Shown: positions 10,773-23,313, numbered from the whole stretch's first letter. The stretch: 63,447 bases of DNA, filler included, from Aduncisulcus paluster (GCA_024181965.1; 41 parts of 41 records of this genome joined end to end with filler, not necessarily neighbours in it), one strand, 5' to 3'. The notes: generated from the letters alone by a model not told the origin. Program-made: numbers and translations.

Positions 10773-10864
10773 TTGTGTCAGATGCGAGGTCATCGTCGCA
10801 TTGACAGGGTCGAAAGTCCTAGTCAGGCTTACCTAACCCGCCCTGTGGGTGAATTTTCTCGCAC

Positions 10865-13386
10865 TTACGAGGCCAAGATTGCCCGCAACATCGAGAACAT
10901 GTCCGATCGGGATTCGGCCCCGAGGCGACGGCGAATGCGCGCGACGTGATGCTCGACGGTCTTGGCCGAAATGAACAGCTGCGCACCGATATCGCGATAA
11001 GGAAGCCCGCGCAACAGCAGCTCAGCGACCTCACGCTCGCGATCGGAGAGGCGGGTGGACGCCGGGGAATGTGCCGCCGAGGTCGGCGGGGACTTTCCAT
11101 CGGAACCGTCGGTCGCTGCCGACGGGGTTCGCAGATCGCGAGCCAGCGCGAGCATCGCGGCGGCCACCTTCGGGTCGTTGGCGTGCAGTGCCGCCTGACT
11201 GGCCAGCCGGGTGGCATCCCATCCCAACCCGGTATCGGTCAGCATCCGCGCGGCGCTGTCCACCTCGGCGCCGTCCACTTGGTTGGCGAGCACCCGCAGC
11301 CATGTACGCCCGGCGGTCGCCAGGGCGCGTGCGTAGGGGCTGGATCCAGCGGCCGCGGCCAGCGCCTGCCCGTGCGGGGCGAGGCTCTCCGGCGAATTGG
11401 TCAAGATCGCGGCGTGCACCCCTGCCCACCGCAGGGGTGCGGACCAGGCGATCGGATCACCGAGCTGGGCCAGAACCGCGAAGGCGCGGTCCACGTGATG
11501 CGCCATGGCATCCAGGGTGCGCAGCCGGGCCGCGGCCACCCAGAGCTCACCGACCGGGAGCAATGTGTACACATCGATGGAATATGCCGACAACGCATCC
11601 ATGGAGGCCTGCCAATGCTGGCGCAGCGGACCGGTATCGCCATGGCGTCGGGCGATACCGGTGCGCAGCGACTCGGCGAATAGGCGGTCTCGGCGAGACA
11701 GCTCCGCCTCCGCCCCGGGCAGCCATTGAGTGGCGCCGGCCAGATCGCCGGACAACATGGCGATCCAGGCCACGAGCAGCCGATGCCGTACCCCGAATAC
11801 GTCATGAGGTCGATCGGTGCGGATGGCATCGGTGAGAATGCTGCGAGCCCGCGTCGTGTCTCCGCTGTGCAGCATGGTCAGCGCCGCCAGGGCGGCGGTG
11901 CTATCCGGGGTGAAGGACGACGTGGACGGCTGTTGCGTGACCGCCTNNNNNNNNNNNNNNNNNNNNNNNNNNNNNCCTGTCCCAGTAAGGACAATGCCTC
12001 CTGGCCGCGTCCCTCAACGGACGCGATGACGCCCAGGGCCGCATTGCGCATCGCGGTGGCCGACGTCGTGGGCGGGGCACTCGCATTGTCTTCCAGGGAC
12101 TTTCGTGCGCTCACCAGTTGCCCCGTGCCGACGAAAACCGGTGCCGCGGTCAAGGCCGTCAAGCCATCCATATCCGCGCCCAACCAGCTGTACAGCGCGG
12201 CGGCCTGACCGGAGTCTCCGTTATGACATGCGATGGCCGCGGCGATACGCACGCCTGCGGCNNNNNNNNNNNNNNNNNNNNNNNNNNNNNNNNNNNNNNN
12301 NNNNNNNNNNNNNNNNNNNNNNNNNNCCGCTGCCAGATCGCCGGTGCGAGCCAGGGATTCGGCCAGAGGCACCCGTAGCGGGCCCGGTTCGGCACCCGCG
12401 GCCAGGGCGGCGCGATATAGGTCGGCGGCGCTCAAGGGGTCGGACTCGGTTGTTGCCCAATCCGATAGCAGTGCGGCGATGTCCCGATCGCGCAGCCCGT
12501 GCGCAACCAGTGCCAAGGCCAAATCGGTGGACACCGAACCAATCTCGAGTTGCGTGCGCAGCAGTGAGCGTTCAAGGTCGAGATGTCGCGCGGCTCCGAG
12601 TAGGCGGGCGGCGCAACCGTGCACCCTCGCCGCGAACGCGACATGACCGGGCCCGGCAACCAGCCCGCTCGCCAAGGCCTCGTCGACCAGCTCCTCCGCA
12701 TCGGAGAGTGCCAGTGCCGCAGCAATATCCGAGGCTCCGATGCCGGCATCCAACGACATCAGCAGCACGACGGATTGGGCAGACTGTGACAGGCGCCGCA
12801 ACGTTTCGTCAATGCGAGAATCGATCGCGCGCAGCGCCGATTCAAGTGGATACGGATCGCCCAGATGATCGATGGCTGCCGCCGTCAGCGCCAGCACACC
12901 TCCGGTGGCGGCGGCGATCTCCTCGGCGAGTGCAGCCGAGCGTGGCACGAGCCGGGCGATATCGCCCGCGTTGACGGGATCCAGAGTGATCGAGGGCGAT
13001 TCGCGTTCCAAGGCCTGAAAAAGGGCACGCAGCGCGGAGTTGCGTCGGGGTGTGGCGGCCACCACGACGACGGCTGCCGGGTCGTTCTCCACCACTGCGC
13101 GCAGGGTGTCGAGCTGTCGATCCGTGAGGGAGTCGGCATCGTCGATGACGAACGGGCCAATGTTCCCGCCGGACAACGTTTCCGGGACGTGGTTGACGGC
13201 CGGCGAGCCGGCCTTGCTCAACGCCTCGCGAACGCGAGTCAGCACGGACGTCTTCCCGCTGCCCGCGGTACCGCTGATGAGCACCTTCACAGCACCGCCG
13301 GCAGACAACGACTGCGTGACAGCCGTTATCGCCGAGGCGATTCCATCGAACGTCCCGGAGAGCCCGTTATCGCGCGGGGTGCTCAG
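10865..13386 (-). CDS. iniR: IniR-like ATPase/LuxR-HTH regulator; one gene split in the ORF track by N gaps
   Basis: N-terminal GTAGSGKT P-loop and C-terminal LSDREREVAELL...ISAKTVEHHVARIRRRL HTH. Start uncertain (13308-13386). Confidence 0.8.
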
Positions 13387-13875
13387 TTGCGCGGACCGAT
13401 CGGGATCGGGGGCAGTCCCGGGATGGTGATCGCGGGGCGCGGTGTGGACGTCGAGGGGGGCTGGGTCGTGGTGGTCGTCGTCGGTTGGGTCGTGGTGGTT
13501 GTCGGCGGCGTCGTGGTGGTCGTCGTTGTTGTGGTCGTCGTCGTGGTGGTCGTGGTTGTTGTCGGGGGTGTTGTGGTCGTCGTTGTCGTCGTAGGGGGCG
13601 GCGGTGGAGGTGGCTCCGGCGATGGGGGAGGTGGCTGCACCGACTGCGTCACGGTGTGGGTCTGCGGCGGTGGCGGGGGTTCCGCTGACGGGGGCGGCTC
13701 AGCCGGGGCATCACCCGTGCTCGGCACCACACTGACGCTCGGTGTCGTGGTGGCGGGGGCCGGCGATTCCTTGCTGGTCAGTGACACCATCATCCCGGTG
13801 AAGGCGATGCCGGCTACCGCGGCCGCCGCGATGAACCACACCAGGGGACGGCGGTACCACGGAAGCGGCGGGTAG
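13383..13875 (-). CDS. Membrane protein C-terminus with Pro/Thr-rich tail (possibly a mycobacterial Hsp70-like protein)
   Basis: PWYRRP followed by a TM helix and poly-Pro/poly-Thr tracts; family call is inference. Confidence 0.55.
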
Positions 13876-13975
13876 NNNNNNNNNNNNNNNNNNNNNNNNN
13901 NNNNNNNNNNNNNNNNNNNTTAATTAATTAANNNNNNNNNNNNNNNNNNNNNNNNNNNNNNNNNNNNNNNNNNNN

Positions 13976-14097
13976 TTCTTGAAATTGCTTGGTGGGTAAG
14001 TTTTTTTCCTGGATTATTTATATTTTTTATCACATTTTCACTTATGCAAATAGCAGACTTTTTACAACAAAAAGCGAATAATAAAGAGATATATTAA
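13976..14097 (+). CDS. Peptide ABC permease (DppC/OppC-like), C-terminal fragment
   Basis: Hand translation LEIAWWVSFFPGLFIFFITFSLMQIADFLQQKANNKEIY*. Confidence 0.7.
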
Positions 14098-14109
14098 AGG
14101 GAGTAAATT

Positions 14110-14334
14110 ATGTTTGGATTTATAAGTAAAATATTGATTATATTTATTACAATTATGATTACACTAAATATTTTTGTACCAACACAGGCAAAAAAAGTAG
14201 TAAATTATTTTAGTGAAAGTACAAATATAGAAGAGGGAAAAATTCAAAAAAATTTAGATTTAGCAACTAAGTTCACAAAAGACACTTTTGAGGAAGTATC
14301 TGAAAAAGTGAAAAAACATTTAGCTACTGAATAA
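14110..14334 (+). CDS. Small hypothetical protein with N-terminal hydrophobic anchor
   Basis: RBS AAGGGAG, 74 aa, hydrophobic N-terminus. Confidence 0.7.
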   Translation: MFGFISKILIIFITIMITLNIFVPTQAKKVVNYFSESTNIEEGKIQKNLDLATKFTKDTFEEVSEKVKKHLATE

Positions 14335-14343
14335 TCTAAAAAA

Positions 14344-15168
14344 CTAGATTTTATTGAGTATAAAATCTAGTTTTTTTGTTGAAAGTACTCTTTTAAGATA
14401 ACCTAAAATATAAGTTGCTTTTGTGATATAGTATCGAGGTTTTACTGTTTTACTTGTGATTATTTTTTCTACTATTTTTGAGACCTCTATAGCTTCAAGA
14501 TTAAAAGGTACGGTGCTTTTGTCTGCATTGATATTTTTTTCATAGTTTTTTGAAAATCGTGAATTCTTTATATCTATATTTTGAATTGTTTTTGCTATAG
14601 CATTTTTACGAAAACTACTTGTAATAGGACCCGTATTTAAAACAGTTATGTTGATATTTGTATCTCTTAGTTCTAATCGTAAAGTATCAGTTAAGCCCTC
14701 TATAGCATATTTTGAAGCATTGTAAGCGCCACGAAGTTTTAGTGAAATGATGCCTAAAACAGACCCATGTTGGATAATAGTTCCGAAACCTTGCTTTTTC
14801 ATGATTTTTAAAACCTGCAAAGTAACTTCATGAAGTCCAAATACATTTGTTTCAAATTGTTCTTTCAAAGCTTGAGTACTTAAATCTTCAACAGCTCCTG
14901 GTTGACCAAAACCTGCATTGTTAAAAACGACATCTAGTGTTCCATTTGTTTGTAGAAGTATTTGATTTAAGGTGTTTTCTATAGTTTCTTTTTTTGTCAC
15001 ATCAAGTAAAAATGTTGTCAATCCTAAACTTTGTAGTTTTTTAACATCTTCTTCTTTTCTCACTGTTGCAAAAACTTGATATCCTTTATTGTGAAGATAT
15101 AGAGCAGTTTCATAACCAATACCAGAGGAGCATCCTGTTATGAGTATAGTAGAATTTCTTAAATTCAT
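14344..15168 (-). CDS. Short-chain dehydrogenase/reductase
   Basis: TGCSSGIG, NNAG and YNASK motifs. Confidence 0.93.
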   Translation of the reverse strand: MNLRNSTILITGCSSGIGYETALYLHNKGYQVFATVRKEEDVKKLQSLGLTTFLLDVTKKETIENTLNQILLQTNGTLDVVFNNAGFGQPGAVEDLSTQALKEQFETNVFGLHEVTLQVLKIMKKQGFGTIIQHGSVLGIISLKLRGAYNASKYAIEGLTDTLRLELRDTNINITVLNTGPITSSFRKNAIAKTIQNIDIKNSRFSKNYEKNINADKSTVPFNLEAIEVSKIVEKIITSKTVKPRYYITKATYILGYLKRVLSTKKLDFILNKI

Positions 15169-15206
15169 TTTTATCCTAAGTTCTAAAATTTTCGGTATTA
15201 TAGCGT

Positions 15207-15397
15207 ATGGAAAATATAAAACAACTATTAGACAAAGAAGTCAAAAAAAGAAACAGTCTGAATGAATTGACAAAAGAGACACCAGATCCTTTGATGATAG
15301 CTCAAAAAAATAACGATGAATATATAGCACTTATTTGTGCTCTTTTTTCTTATGGAAATGCACATCAAATAGTAAAATTCTTAAGCTCTTTAGATTT
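15207..15397 (+). CDS. TIGR02757/DUF2400 family protein, 5' fragment
   Basis: PDPL and ALICALFSYGNAHQIVKFL motifs. Confidence 0.7.
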
Positions 15398-15497
15398 NNN
15401 NNNNNNNNNNNNNNNNNNNNNNNNNNNNNNNNNNNNNNNNNTTAATTAATTAANNNNNNNNNNNNNNNNNNNNNNNNNNNNNNNNNNNNNNNNNNNN

Positions 15498-15879
15498 CGG
15501 CACCCGCTCCCTGGAGCAGTCCGACGTGTTGGTGGTGGCGCCGTACAACGCCCAGGTGTTGACGTTGCGTGCGACGCTCGCCGCTGCCGGAATGGGCGAG
15601 GTGCTGGTGGGCACCGTGGACAAGTTCCAGGGCCGGCAGGCTCCCGTGGTGTTCGTATCGATGACGGCCTCGGCCGTCGATGACGTGCCGCGCGGGATGT
15701 CATTCCTGTTGAACAGGAACCGCTTGAATGTGGCGATCAGCCGGGCGAAGTTCCAGGCGGTGATCGTGCGGTCCCCCGCGCTCACCGAGTACCTGCCCGC
15801 CACGCCCGACGGACTGGTGGAACTGGGGGCCTTTTTGGCACTCAGCCCAGACACGACCAATAGCACCGTGCCACACTGA
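15498..15879 (+). CDS. SF1 helicase C-terminal domain (TM0106-type nuclease-helicase), fragment
   Basis: VVAPYNAQV, GTVDKFQGRQA and NRLNVAISRA motifs. Confidence 0.85.
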
Positions 15880-15884
15880 GGTCC

Positions 15885-17260
15885 ATGTCCGAGCTCGCCC
15901 GTGCCCTCGTCCAGATCGTCGGCGAGAGGTACGTCAGCACCGATGCCGACGTGCTGGCGGGGCGAACCATCGATCAGACCGGGCGCTATCGCGGCATCGC
16001 GAGCGTGCTGGTCCGTCCCGGCTCTGCGGAGGAAGTCGCCGCAATCCTGAAGGCGTGCAAGGAGCACGGTCACCCCGTCACCACCCAGGGCGGACGTACC
16101 TCCATGGTCGCAGGCACGGTCACCGAGCACGACGACGTACTGCTGTCCACCGAGCGACTCACCGACATCGGACTCATCGACACCGTCGACCGCCGGATCC
16201 GCGTCGGCTCCGGCCTCACCCTGGCCGCACTGCAACAAGCAGCCACCAAGGAGAACCTGCAGTTCGGCGTCGATATCGGCTCACGCGACTCGGCCACCCT
16301 CGGCGGCATGGCATCCACCAATGCCGGCGGTCTGCGCACGGTGCGCTACGGGAACATGCGCGAGCAGGTCATCGGTCTTCAGGTCGTGCTACCCGACGGC
16401 TCAATCATGGACCGCCACAGCGATGTTCGAGCCGATAACACAGGCTACGACCTCACCAGCCTGTTCGTCGGCGCGGAAGGCACCCTCGGCGTCATCACCG
16501 CGCTCGAACTGCGCCTGCATCCGGTTCCCACTCACAACGTCGCAGCGATCACCGGGTTCGGCAGCCTGGATCAGCTCGTCGAGGCGAGCCGAATCTTCCG
16601 TGATCTCAGCGGTATTGCCGCACTGGAACTCATGGACTCCAGGTTGGGCATACCGAGCCCCGTCGACAGCCCCTGGCTGCTGCTCATCGAACTTGCCCGC
16701 GACAGTGACCCCACCGAGGACCTGTCCGAGGCACTCGAGGCGGCCGGCGTGGCCGAGCATGCCGCCGTCGGCCTGGACAGCACCTCCCGTGAACGCCTAT
16801 GGCNNNNNNNNNNNNNNNNNNNNNNNNNNNNNNNNNNNNNNNNNNNNNNNNNNNNNNNNNNNNNNNNNNNNNNGCGCTGGGCTTGTACGGGCCGCCACTG
16901 AAATTCGATGTGGCGCTGCCACTGGCACATATCGGCGAGTTCGAACGACGCGCCGCCGAGCTGATCGCCGCCACGGTTCCCGACGCGATACCCGTGTTGT
17001 TCGGCCACGTCGGTGAGGGCAACCTGCACTTAAATGTGTTGCGCTGCCCCGACTCCACCGCGTTGTATCAGCCCATGATGACGCTGATCGCCGAGCTGGG
17101 CGGCAACGTCAGCTCCGAGCACGGAGTGGGCACACTCAAACGCGACTACCTCGGCATGGCCCGCACACCAGGTGATATCGCCGCCATGCGGGCCGTCAAG
17201 GCGGCCTTCGATCCGACCGGGTACCTCAACCCCGCCGTGCTGTTCAGTTCGCAGTCATGA
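15885..17260 (+). CDS. FAD-binding oxidoreductase (GlcD/D-2-hydroxyacid dehydrogenase-like)
   Basis: QGGRTSMVAG, ASTNAGG, GAEGTLG, FGHVGEGNLH and SSEHGVG motifs; N gap shifts the frame. Confidence 0.9.
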
Positions 17261-17553
17261 CGCTCGCCGTCGACCCCGAGAAATTCAGCCGGGATTGGTT
17301 CGCGGCGTGGAATGCCCATGACATCGAGGCGGTGCTGGAGCACTTTGATGAGGACGCGGTCTTTACCTCCGCATACGGCGCCCAGATCGCTCCGGAGACC
17401 GGAGGAGTCTTCAGCGGCAAGCAGGCCATCCGCGCCTATTGGGCCGAGGCCCTGACCCGTAACCCGGATCTGCATTTCGAACCCGTCGGCACGTACGTGG
17501 GCGCGAGGGCCCTGGTCATCAACTACCGAAACCATAAGGGCAGCCTCGTGAAC
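17257..17553 (+). CDS. SnoaL/NTF2-like protein (3' truncated)
   Basis: WFAAWNAHDIEAVLEHF and GKQAIRAYW; ATGA overlap with the previous gene. Confidence 0.85.
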
Positions 17554-17821
17554 NNNNNNNNNNNNNNNNNNNNNNNNNNNNNNNNNNNNNNNNNNNNTTA
17601 ATTAATTAANNNNNNNNNNNNNNNNNNNNNNNNNNNNNNNNNNNNNNNNNNNNGTTCGATACCGGAGGCGCCTCCGCCACGTCACGTGCGCTCAACCTCG
17701 ATCGGCATTGGCGCAACGTGCGGACCGTAGCCAGCCACAACCCCCTTGCCTACAAGGCATGGGCGACGGGCGATTACGTCGTGAACGGCACACTCCCGCC
17801 TAACAGTGGATACTTCTGACG

Positions 17822-18547
17822 ATGACTGATCCTTTGGCCGTCGTGGTGCCCCGGAGACTGTCGACCGGCGCGGACCCACGGATCGTGGCGGCGAACCGCT
17901 TGTTCGACCTGATCGTGGCGCTGGCCGAGGATGTCGGGCTCACACCGATCGTCACGGACGATCCGGACTACCCACTAGAAGGTGTCGGCGGTGTGCTGTT
18001 ACCCGGCGGGGGAGACGTCAATCCGCGTCGGTACGGCTGCACATCGACGGCCGCCGTGTATGACGTCAACGACGAGCAGGATCACCTGGACTTCACGCTG
18101 ACCGCCAGGGCGCGCGATGCGCAGCTGCCGATACTGGGCATCTGCCGTGGTGCCCAAGTGCTCAACGTCGCCTACGGCGGAGATCTGCAGGTGGATCTGG
18201 CTGCGGGGTCAGTGGACCACGGCGCAGCGGTGTTCTCCTGGCACCCGGTACATCTCGCGCCTGGTACCCGCGTTCGTGCCGCGCACGGAGCCGACGAACT
18301 CGTCGTCGCGTCCGCGCACCATCAAGCAGTGGCATCCCTGGGAGCGGGCCTGGTGACGACGGCATGGGCGGACGACGGCGTCATCGAGGCCTTCGAAGCC
18401 GAGATCGGATGGGTTTTTGCGATCCAGTGGCACCCGGAGGCTCCGGGAGTGCCCAAACATCTTCAGCAGGCGCCGTTCAAGGCGTTCGCGGATGCGGTGG
18501 CGCAATCGGGTCGGGGCGCCCTGTCAGCCCAGCGCGAAGATTCGTGA
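17822..18547 (+). CDS. Peptidase C26 / gamma-glutamyl-GABA hydrolase family protein
   Basis: LPGGGDV, GICRGAQ, HHQAV and QWHPE motifs. Confidence 0.92.
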   Translation: MTDPLAVVVPRRLSTGADPRIVAANRLFDLIVALAEDVGLTPIVTDDPDYPLEGVGGVLLPGGGDVNPRRYGCTSTAAVYDVNDEQDHLDFTLTARARDAQLPILGICRGAQVLNVAYGGDLQVDLAAGSVDHGAAVFSWHPVHLAPGTRVRAAHGADELVVASAHHQAVASLGAGLVTTAWADDGVIEAFEAEIGWVFAIQWHPEAPGVPKHLQQAPFKAFADAVAQSGRGALSAQREDS

Positions 18548-19604
18548 ACCGCGCTGCTCCACCACTGTGTTGCCGACAACGGCGCTGATGACGGGGCTCT
18601 TCTCGTCGGCCGGGTCACGTTGCACCGCAATGGACTTGCGGAACTCGCCGGTGGTCATGTTGAAGACGTCGATGCCACCCTCGACGGGGACTACGAGCTC
18701 ACCCGCCATGTTCGTGCCCGGCCCCAGGGGCCTCTTGGTGGTGGGCAGCACGAATCTGTAGGACAGATCGGAAGCGCTGAGCACCAGCACCTGATTGCCC
18801 GTCCACCATGTGATGACATCACCGGCTTGGGCTGCGGCATTGGTCTGGGCAATCTCGCCCGGCAGCACCGTCGCGCCGACACGCGTCCCGCGGTCGTCGA
18901 ACACCACCAGTTCGTTGCGGGTCCCCGGCAGATAGACGGCCGAGCGGGTGTCCGCGACCGCGAGCACCTTGGCCGCCGAACCGCGTTCCACCCCGGGCAG
19001 CACCGCCGAGTAGAGCTCCTCCGGCTTGTCGTTGTCCTTGGGCGTCGGCTTCTGCAATGTCAGCCGCAACGTGGGGTCCTGGGGGCAGGTTTCCAGCACC
19101 GCGAGCACGCTCGCCCCGACCGCGCCGGACTTCAGTGTGCAGTCCACCCGCGGCTGACTGTTGGGATTCAAGGGTGCGACGACTCGCCCGTACTCGAGGG
19201 TGCGCACCATGTCCGACCGCCACAGTTCGAGCCGGGTGCTGCCGAGCGCCAACACANNNNNNNNNNNNNNNNNNNNCCGGTCTGCCCGTCGATCATGGTG
19301 ACCTGACCGCATCCGCGTGCGTCGCGGTAGACCGCCACGGCGTCGTCGATGAAACCGATCGCGCCGCACAGATCACGGTTGCGGCGGGCGTACGACCACA
19401 GCTGCGCACCGGTCACCGGATCGTGGGCCACCACATCGTGCCCGTCGGCGCTGACGATCGCACCACTGGCGATGACGGGGCCCTTGGTGGCCGCGCTCGC
19501 GGTCGACCACAGCTCGCGCATGGAGTCGGGAACCCGGCTAGCGCTCATCGGACGTTTGATGTCCCCGGCGGCGGGGTGGCTGACGGTGGCGCGGGCATCG
19601 CTGG
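18524..19604 (-). CDS. Rv3212-like beta-propeller protein, partial
   Basis: DPVTGAQLWSYAR and RLELWRSDMVRTLEYG; two ORF pieces either side of an N gap. Confidence 0.7.
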
Positions 19605-19704
19605 NNNNNNNNNNNNNNNNNNNNNNNNNNNNNNNNNNNNNNNNNNNNTTAATTAATTAANNNNNNNNNNNNNNNNNNNNNNNNNNNNNNNNNNNNNNNN
19701 NNNN

Positions 19705-19892
19705 CAAATTTAAATAAATACATATCTGATAATCTCAATAAAGATTTTCAAGTAGGTCATAGTTACTTTATGAAAATAGAAAGTGAAGAGGATTTAAAAT
19801 TTGTAAAAGAGTATAAAATCAAACCACTTTTAGAAGAGTATTTTTATGCTGATGATGAAAAACTAAATGTAGCATTAGAGATGTTACAGTAA
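19705..19892 (+). CDS. mcrB: McrB-family AAA+ GTPase, C-terminal fragment
   Basis: Hand translation ...KDFQVGHSYFM...KIKPLLEEYFYADDEKL...* has the GHSYF and PLLEEYF signatures. Confidence 0.85.
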
Positions 19893-19999
19893 AATATTAC
19901 AAAATGACATGCTTTTCAATCATATTAAATTTAAATGCTAACATTATAAAAAGCTATAATAAGGCAAAATAACTTAAATGAGGAACAATAGACTATAAA

Positions 20000-20756
20000 A
20001 TGAACAAAATATTTAACTACATAAAACAAAACAAAGATACAAAACTTTTAATAGTGGCAGATGAAAAGCAAGCAATGGTTGCACGAGATTGTGCGAGCTA
20101 TTTGGGGCTTGTTCCATTTGTATTGAGTGATTTACGAGCTAACTTTGGAGATGATCTACTCTCATTTTCAGATGAGATAAAAGAGATGACAAGTACTCTT
20201 GAAACTTTTCATAAATATAGAAAACAAAATAAACTACTTATCTCACCTATACGAACTATTTCGTATCCACTCCCAAAAGCCGAATGTTTTGATAATTTGA
20301 CAATTGAGTTTGCAAGTACGATAAATATATCAGACCTCAAAGAGAAGCTTTATAACTGGGGATACTATTTTGTAGATATCGTTACAGAGCAGGGTGAAGT
20401 ATCGATTCGTGGGGATATTATCGATATTTTTCCACCAAATGATGAGTTTGGATATCGAGTTTCTTTGTTTGATGATGAGGTAGATGGAATACGAAAATTT
20501 GATGTAGAGACTCAAAAATCATTTAAAGATGAGATTGAAGATTTTACCATTAGTGCATCATTTTTAGCTTTTGATGAAACAAAACTAGAGATTATCAATG
20601 AAAAAATAGCAGCATCAAATATCGATGTATTTGAAAAAGATATTCACTCTTTAGGTTTTTGGTTTTTAGATGATGATGCATCATATTACTCAAGAGAGTT
20701 GCAATCTAGCATCACAAAAGAAGCACTTGATGAGATAGATGAGGCGTATATTTTTG
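20000..20756 (+). CDS. mfd: Transcription-repair coupling factor, 5' part
   Basis: GEVSIRGDIIDIF, RVSLFDDE and FDVETQKS; short Campylobacterota-type N-terminus. Confidence 0.9.
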
Positions 20757-22404
20757 NNNNNNNNNNNNNNNNNNNNNNNNNNNNNNNNNNNNNNNNNNNN
20801 TTAATTAATTAANNNNNNNNNNNNNNNNNNNNNNNNNNNNNNNNNNNNNNNNNNNNTTGGAGCTGTGGGTTTTATTTCCAATGGTGTGGTTTTCCCAGAT
20901 GGAGCTCGTGGTGCGTGAGTTTACTGCCCTAGTGGTGCACATGGGGTTCTCACGTCGTATGATTGTGGTCATACGTATAATAGGTCGGATTTTTCCCTTG
21001 ATCCTATCAAGGTTTTGTCTGGTCTTGCAGAGATGGTTGAAGTGCATTTGATGATGTACATCACGATCATCTGCGTTTAATTTTTGAAGAAGGGTGATCG
21101 CTTCGCAGTTTGATCAGCTACGCTTAAATGATAATAGATATGAGATAGTTCATAATGTCAATGCTTGAGAATTTTCTTTAGTGTTCAGTCTTCGTGGTGT
21201 TTGTGGTGTTCGTGCTTGCAAGCAACCCCTCGAAAAGAAAGAGCTGGGTGTGGTGACTGTTTAAAATTCTCTTAACATTAACATATTTCTATTTATAAAA
21301 TCATATTTATTTATTATTTATATTTATTTCATTATTTTATTTGATATTATTAATATTTTATCATTTATATTTTGACTCACTCCGATCGCTCGGATTCTAA
21401 TAAATTGGGTTACGTTTAACGTTAATCATCGGTATTCCCAAGGTAATACCACAGGTCTTCATACGGTTTCTCTTCAACTTGTCTGATAGGTCCAACACAG
21501 GGAAACTTTTTGTGAGTAAAACCAATTGAGAACCGAAAGGAATAATTTTTGAAAACCAAAATGAAAAGTCCAACATAGATAGAAAAAACTAAAATGTATT
21601 CATTTTGAATGCCGAACGGTTTTAATTTCGGCATGCCAAAATGGAATCATTTCGGGAATTATCTTTGGCATGCCGAAATATGTTTCGGTAATCTCGATAA
21701 AAATTTCTAACAGCTATTTTAGCTTAAATATATGTCTTATATCGGTTTATTTGGCCTCGGGCACTATTAGAATCTTAAATAAAGCACGTTTAAAGGATGA
21801 AAACGTGATCAATAATTTTGAGTCAGATTTACTCTTTTAATTTAGCTTAAATTATATTAAAATAAAGAAAACAAACAAAACAAACAAAAAAAACATAAAA
21901 ATCCTGGAGTATACTCCATTTTGGGGGTATTTACCAAAAAAATCAAGAAACAGAAACGTACCATTATAAAAACAAGAAAAGAGCATCAAAATATTATTAT
22001 CACCTCCCCTGGGTTGCGCAGGCCCAGAGGAGATAATATTAATATGTTTGATGATGGACAAAGAAACGTTTGCACAAATCAATATCGAACAAGAAAAATC
22101 CGATTGGCAATCAACGGAATAAAATCAGAAAATATTTATCATATAAATTTAGATTGATGTTAAATAATTTATTTCTGAAAAATATTGCTCGAAATATTTC
22201 TATACTTGCGTTTATTAAATCCAACCNNNNNNNNNNNNNNNNNNNNNNNNNNNNNNNNNNNNNNNNNNNNTTAATTAATTAANNNNNNNNNNNNNNNNNN
22301 NNNNNNNNNNNNNNNNNNNNNNNNNNATATGATTTTTGACAATGATTTTCATGGCCGACATTATCTCTTGATTTGACGTGCTTGACTAATATAGAATTAG
22401 AATA

Positions 22405-22818
22405 ATGAAGTTAAATGTATCTCAAAGGGGTCACTTTGTGCCCATTTTACTCTGTGTATCATTCGTGCTATGCATGCAGATGATAGTTTCTGTATCCTCA
22501 ATGAAGCTTGGTGGTTGGTCAGAATATTCCGACTGTTCCATGGAACCACGGGCTGGAGAACTCGGTGAAAAGATACAAGAACAATTCAACGAACACCTTG
22601 AAGATGAGGGTAAGCATATTATTTCCATCACTCCTTTGCAGTGGAAAACTCAGGTTGTTCGAGGGATTAAGTACAAAATAATTACAAATGTTGAACATGC
22701 CGATGGAACGCATGGACGCATTGAGTTTGGAGTGTATGCCGATATCGATGGAAGTGTTCGTTTGTTTGAGATCGATGGACAACCTTTCAGACCAATCATG
22801 AAACCTGACATTTTATAA
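22405..22818 (+). CDS. Cystatin-like cysteine protease inhibitor with signal peptide
   Basis: LGGWS and QVVRG (QxVxG) motifs after a hydrophobic leader; eukaryote-like context. Confidence 0.75.
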   Translation: MKLNVSQRGHFVPILLCVSFVLCMQMIVSVSSMKLGGWSEYSDCSMEPRAGELGEKIQEQFNEHLEDEGKHIISITPLQWKTQVVRGIKYKIITNVEHADGTHGRIEFGVYADIDGSVRLFEIDGQPFRPIMKPDIL

Positions 22819-23313
22819 GATTTCTGCTTCATACGTATTGAAGTGGATGAATTATTGGGGTCTGATACCTCCTTTGAAACTTTATTCATCAGATTCATAT
22901 TAATCAATAAAACATTCTGGTGATACCAAGCATAAATATTTTTCATGAAGAAAGAACATGGACCTGATCCGAACATGGAATAAAGTTTATCGTATAAAGT
23001 GAAAAACAAAATAAAATAAAAACTCTTAACAAAGTATTTAAAGCATTATTTACATTCATAGGAAACATCTGTTGACATTCTGATGGGATTTGAACAAGAG
23101 AGAGGACATAATACTTGTTAGGGGAGAAGGGAAGGAACGATTCAAACAGAATCCGAGTGTATGATCATAGTTTCAATTAAATTAGTGCAGAAATTGATCA
23201 AATATGGCTCAATACACATATTTAATAATTGCAAAATCTATTTTTAGAATTTCTATTTTTAGAATTGGGATTTTTGAAATAAGTCGTATTCAAGGAAATA
23301 GATATGGATTTTG

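Noticed and set aside
13464-13615. GTC/GTG/GTT-rich repeat tract
   Set aside because: It simply encodes the poly-Thr/Pro tail on the minus strand.
10755-13875. Many overlapping ORFs in high-GC contigs (also 1190-3490, 15446-19660, 39099-42113, 51372-53105, 58511-60100)
   Set aside because: Shadow frames of recognised genes; stop codons are rare at high GC.
20857-22226. Short ORFs on this contig as retroelement genes
   Set aside because: No recognisable motif in the frames examined; left unannotated.
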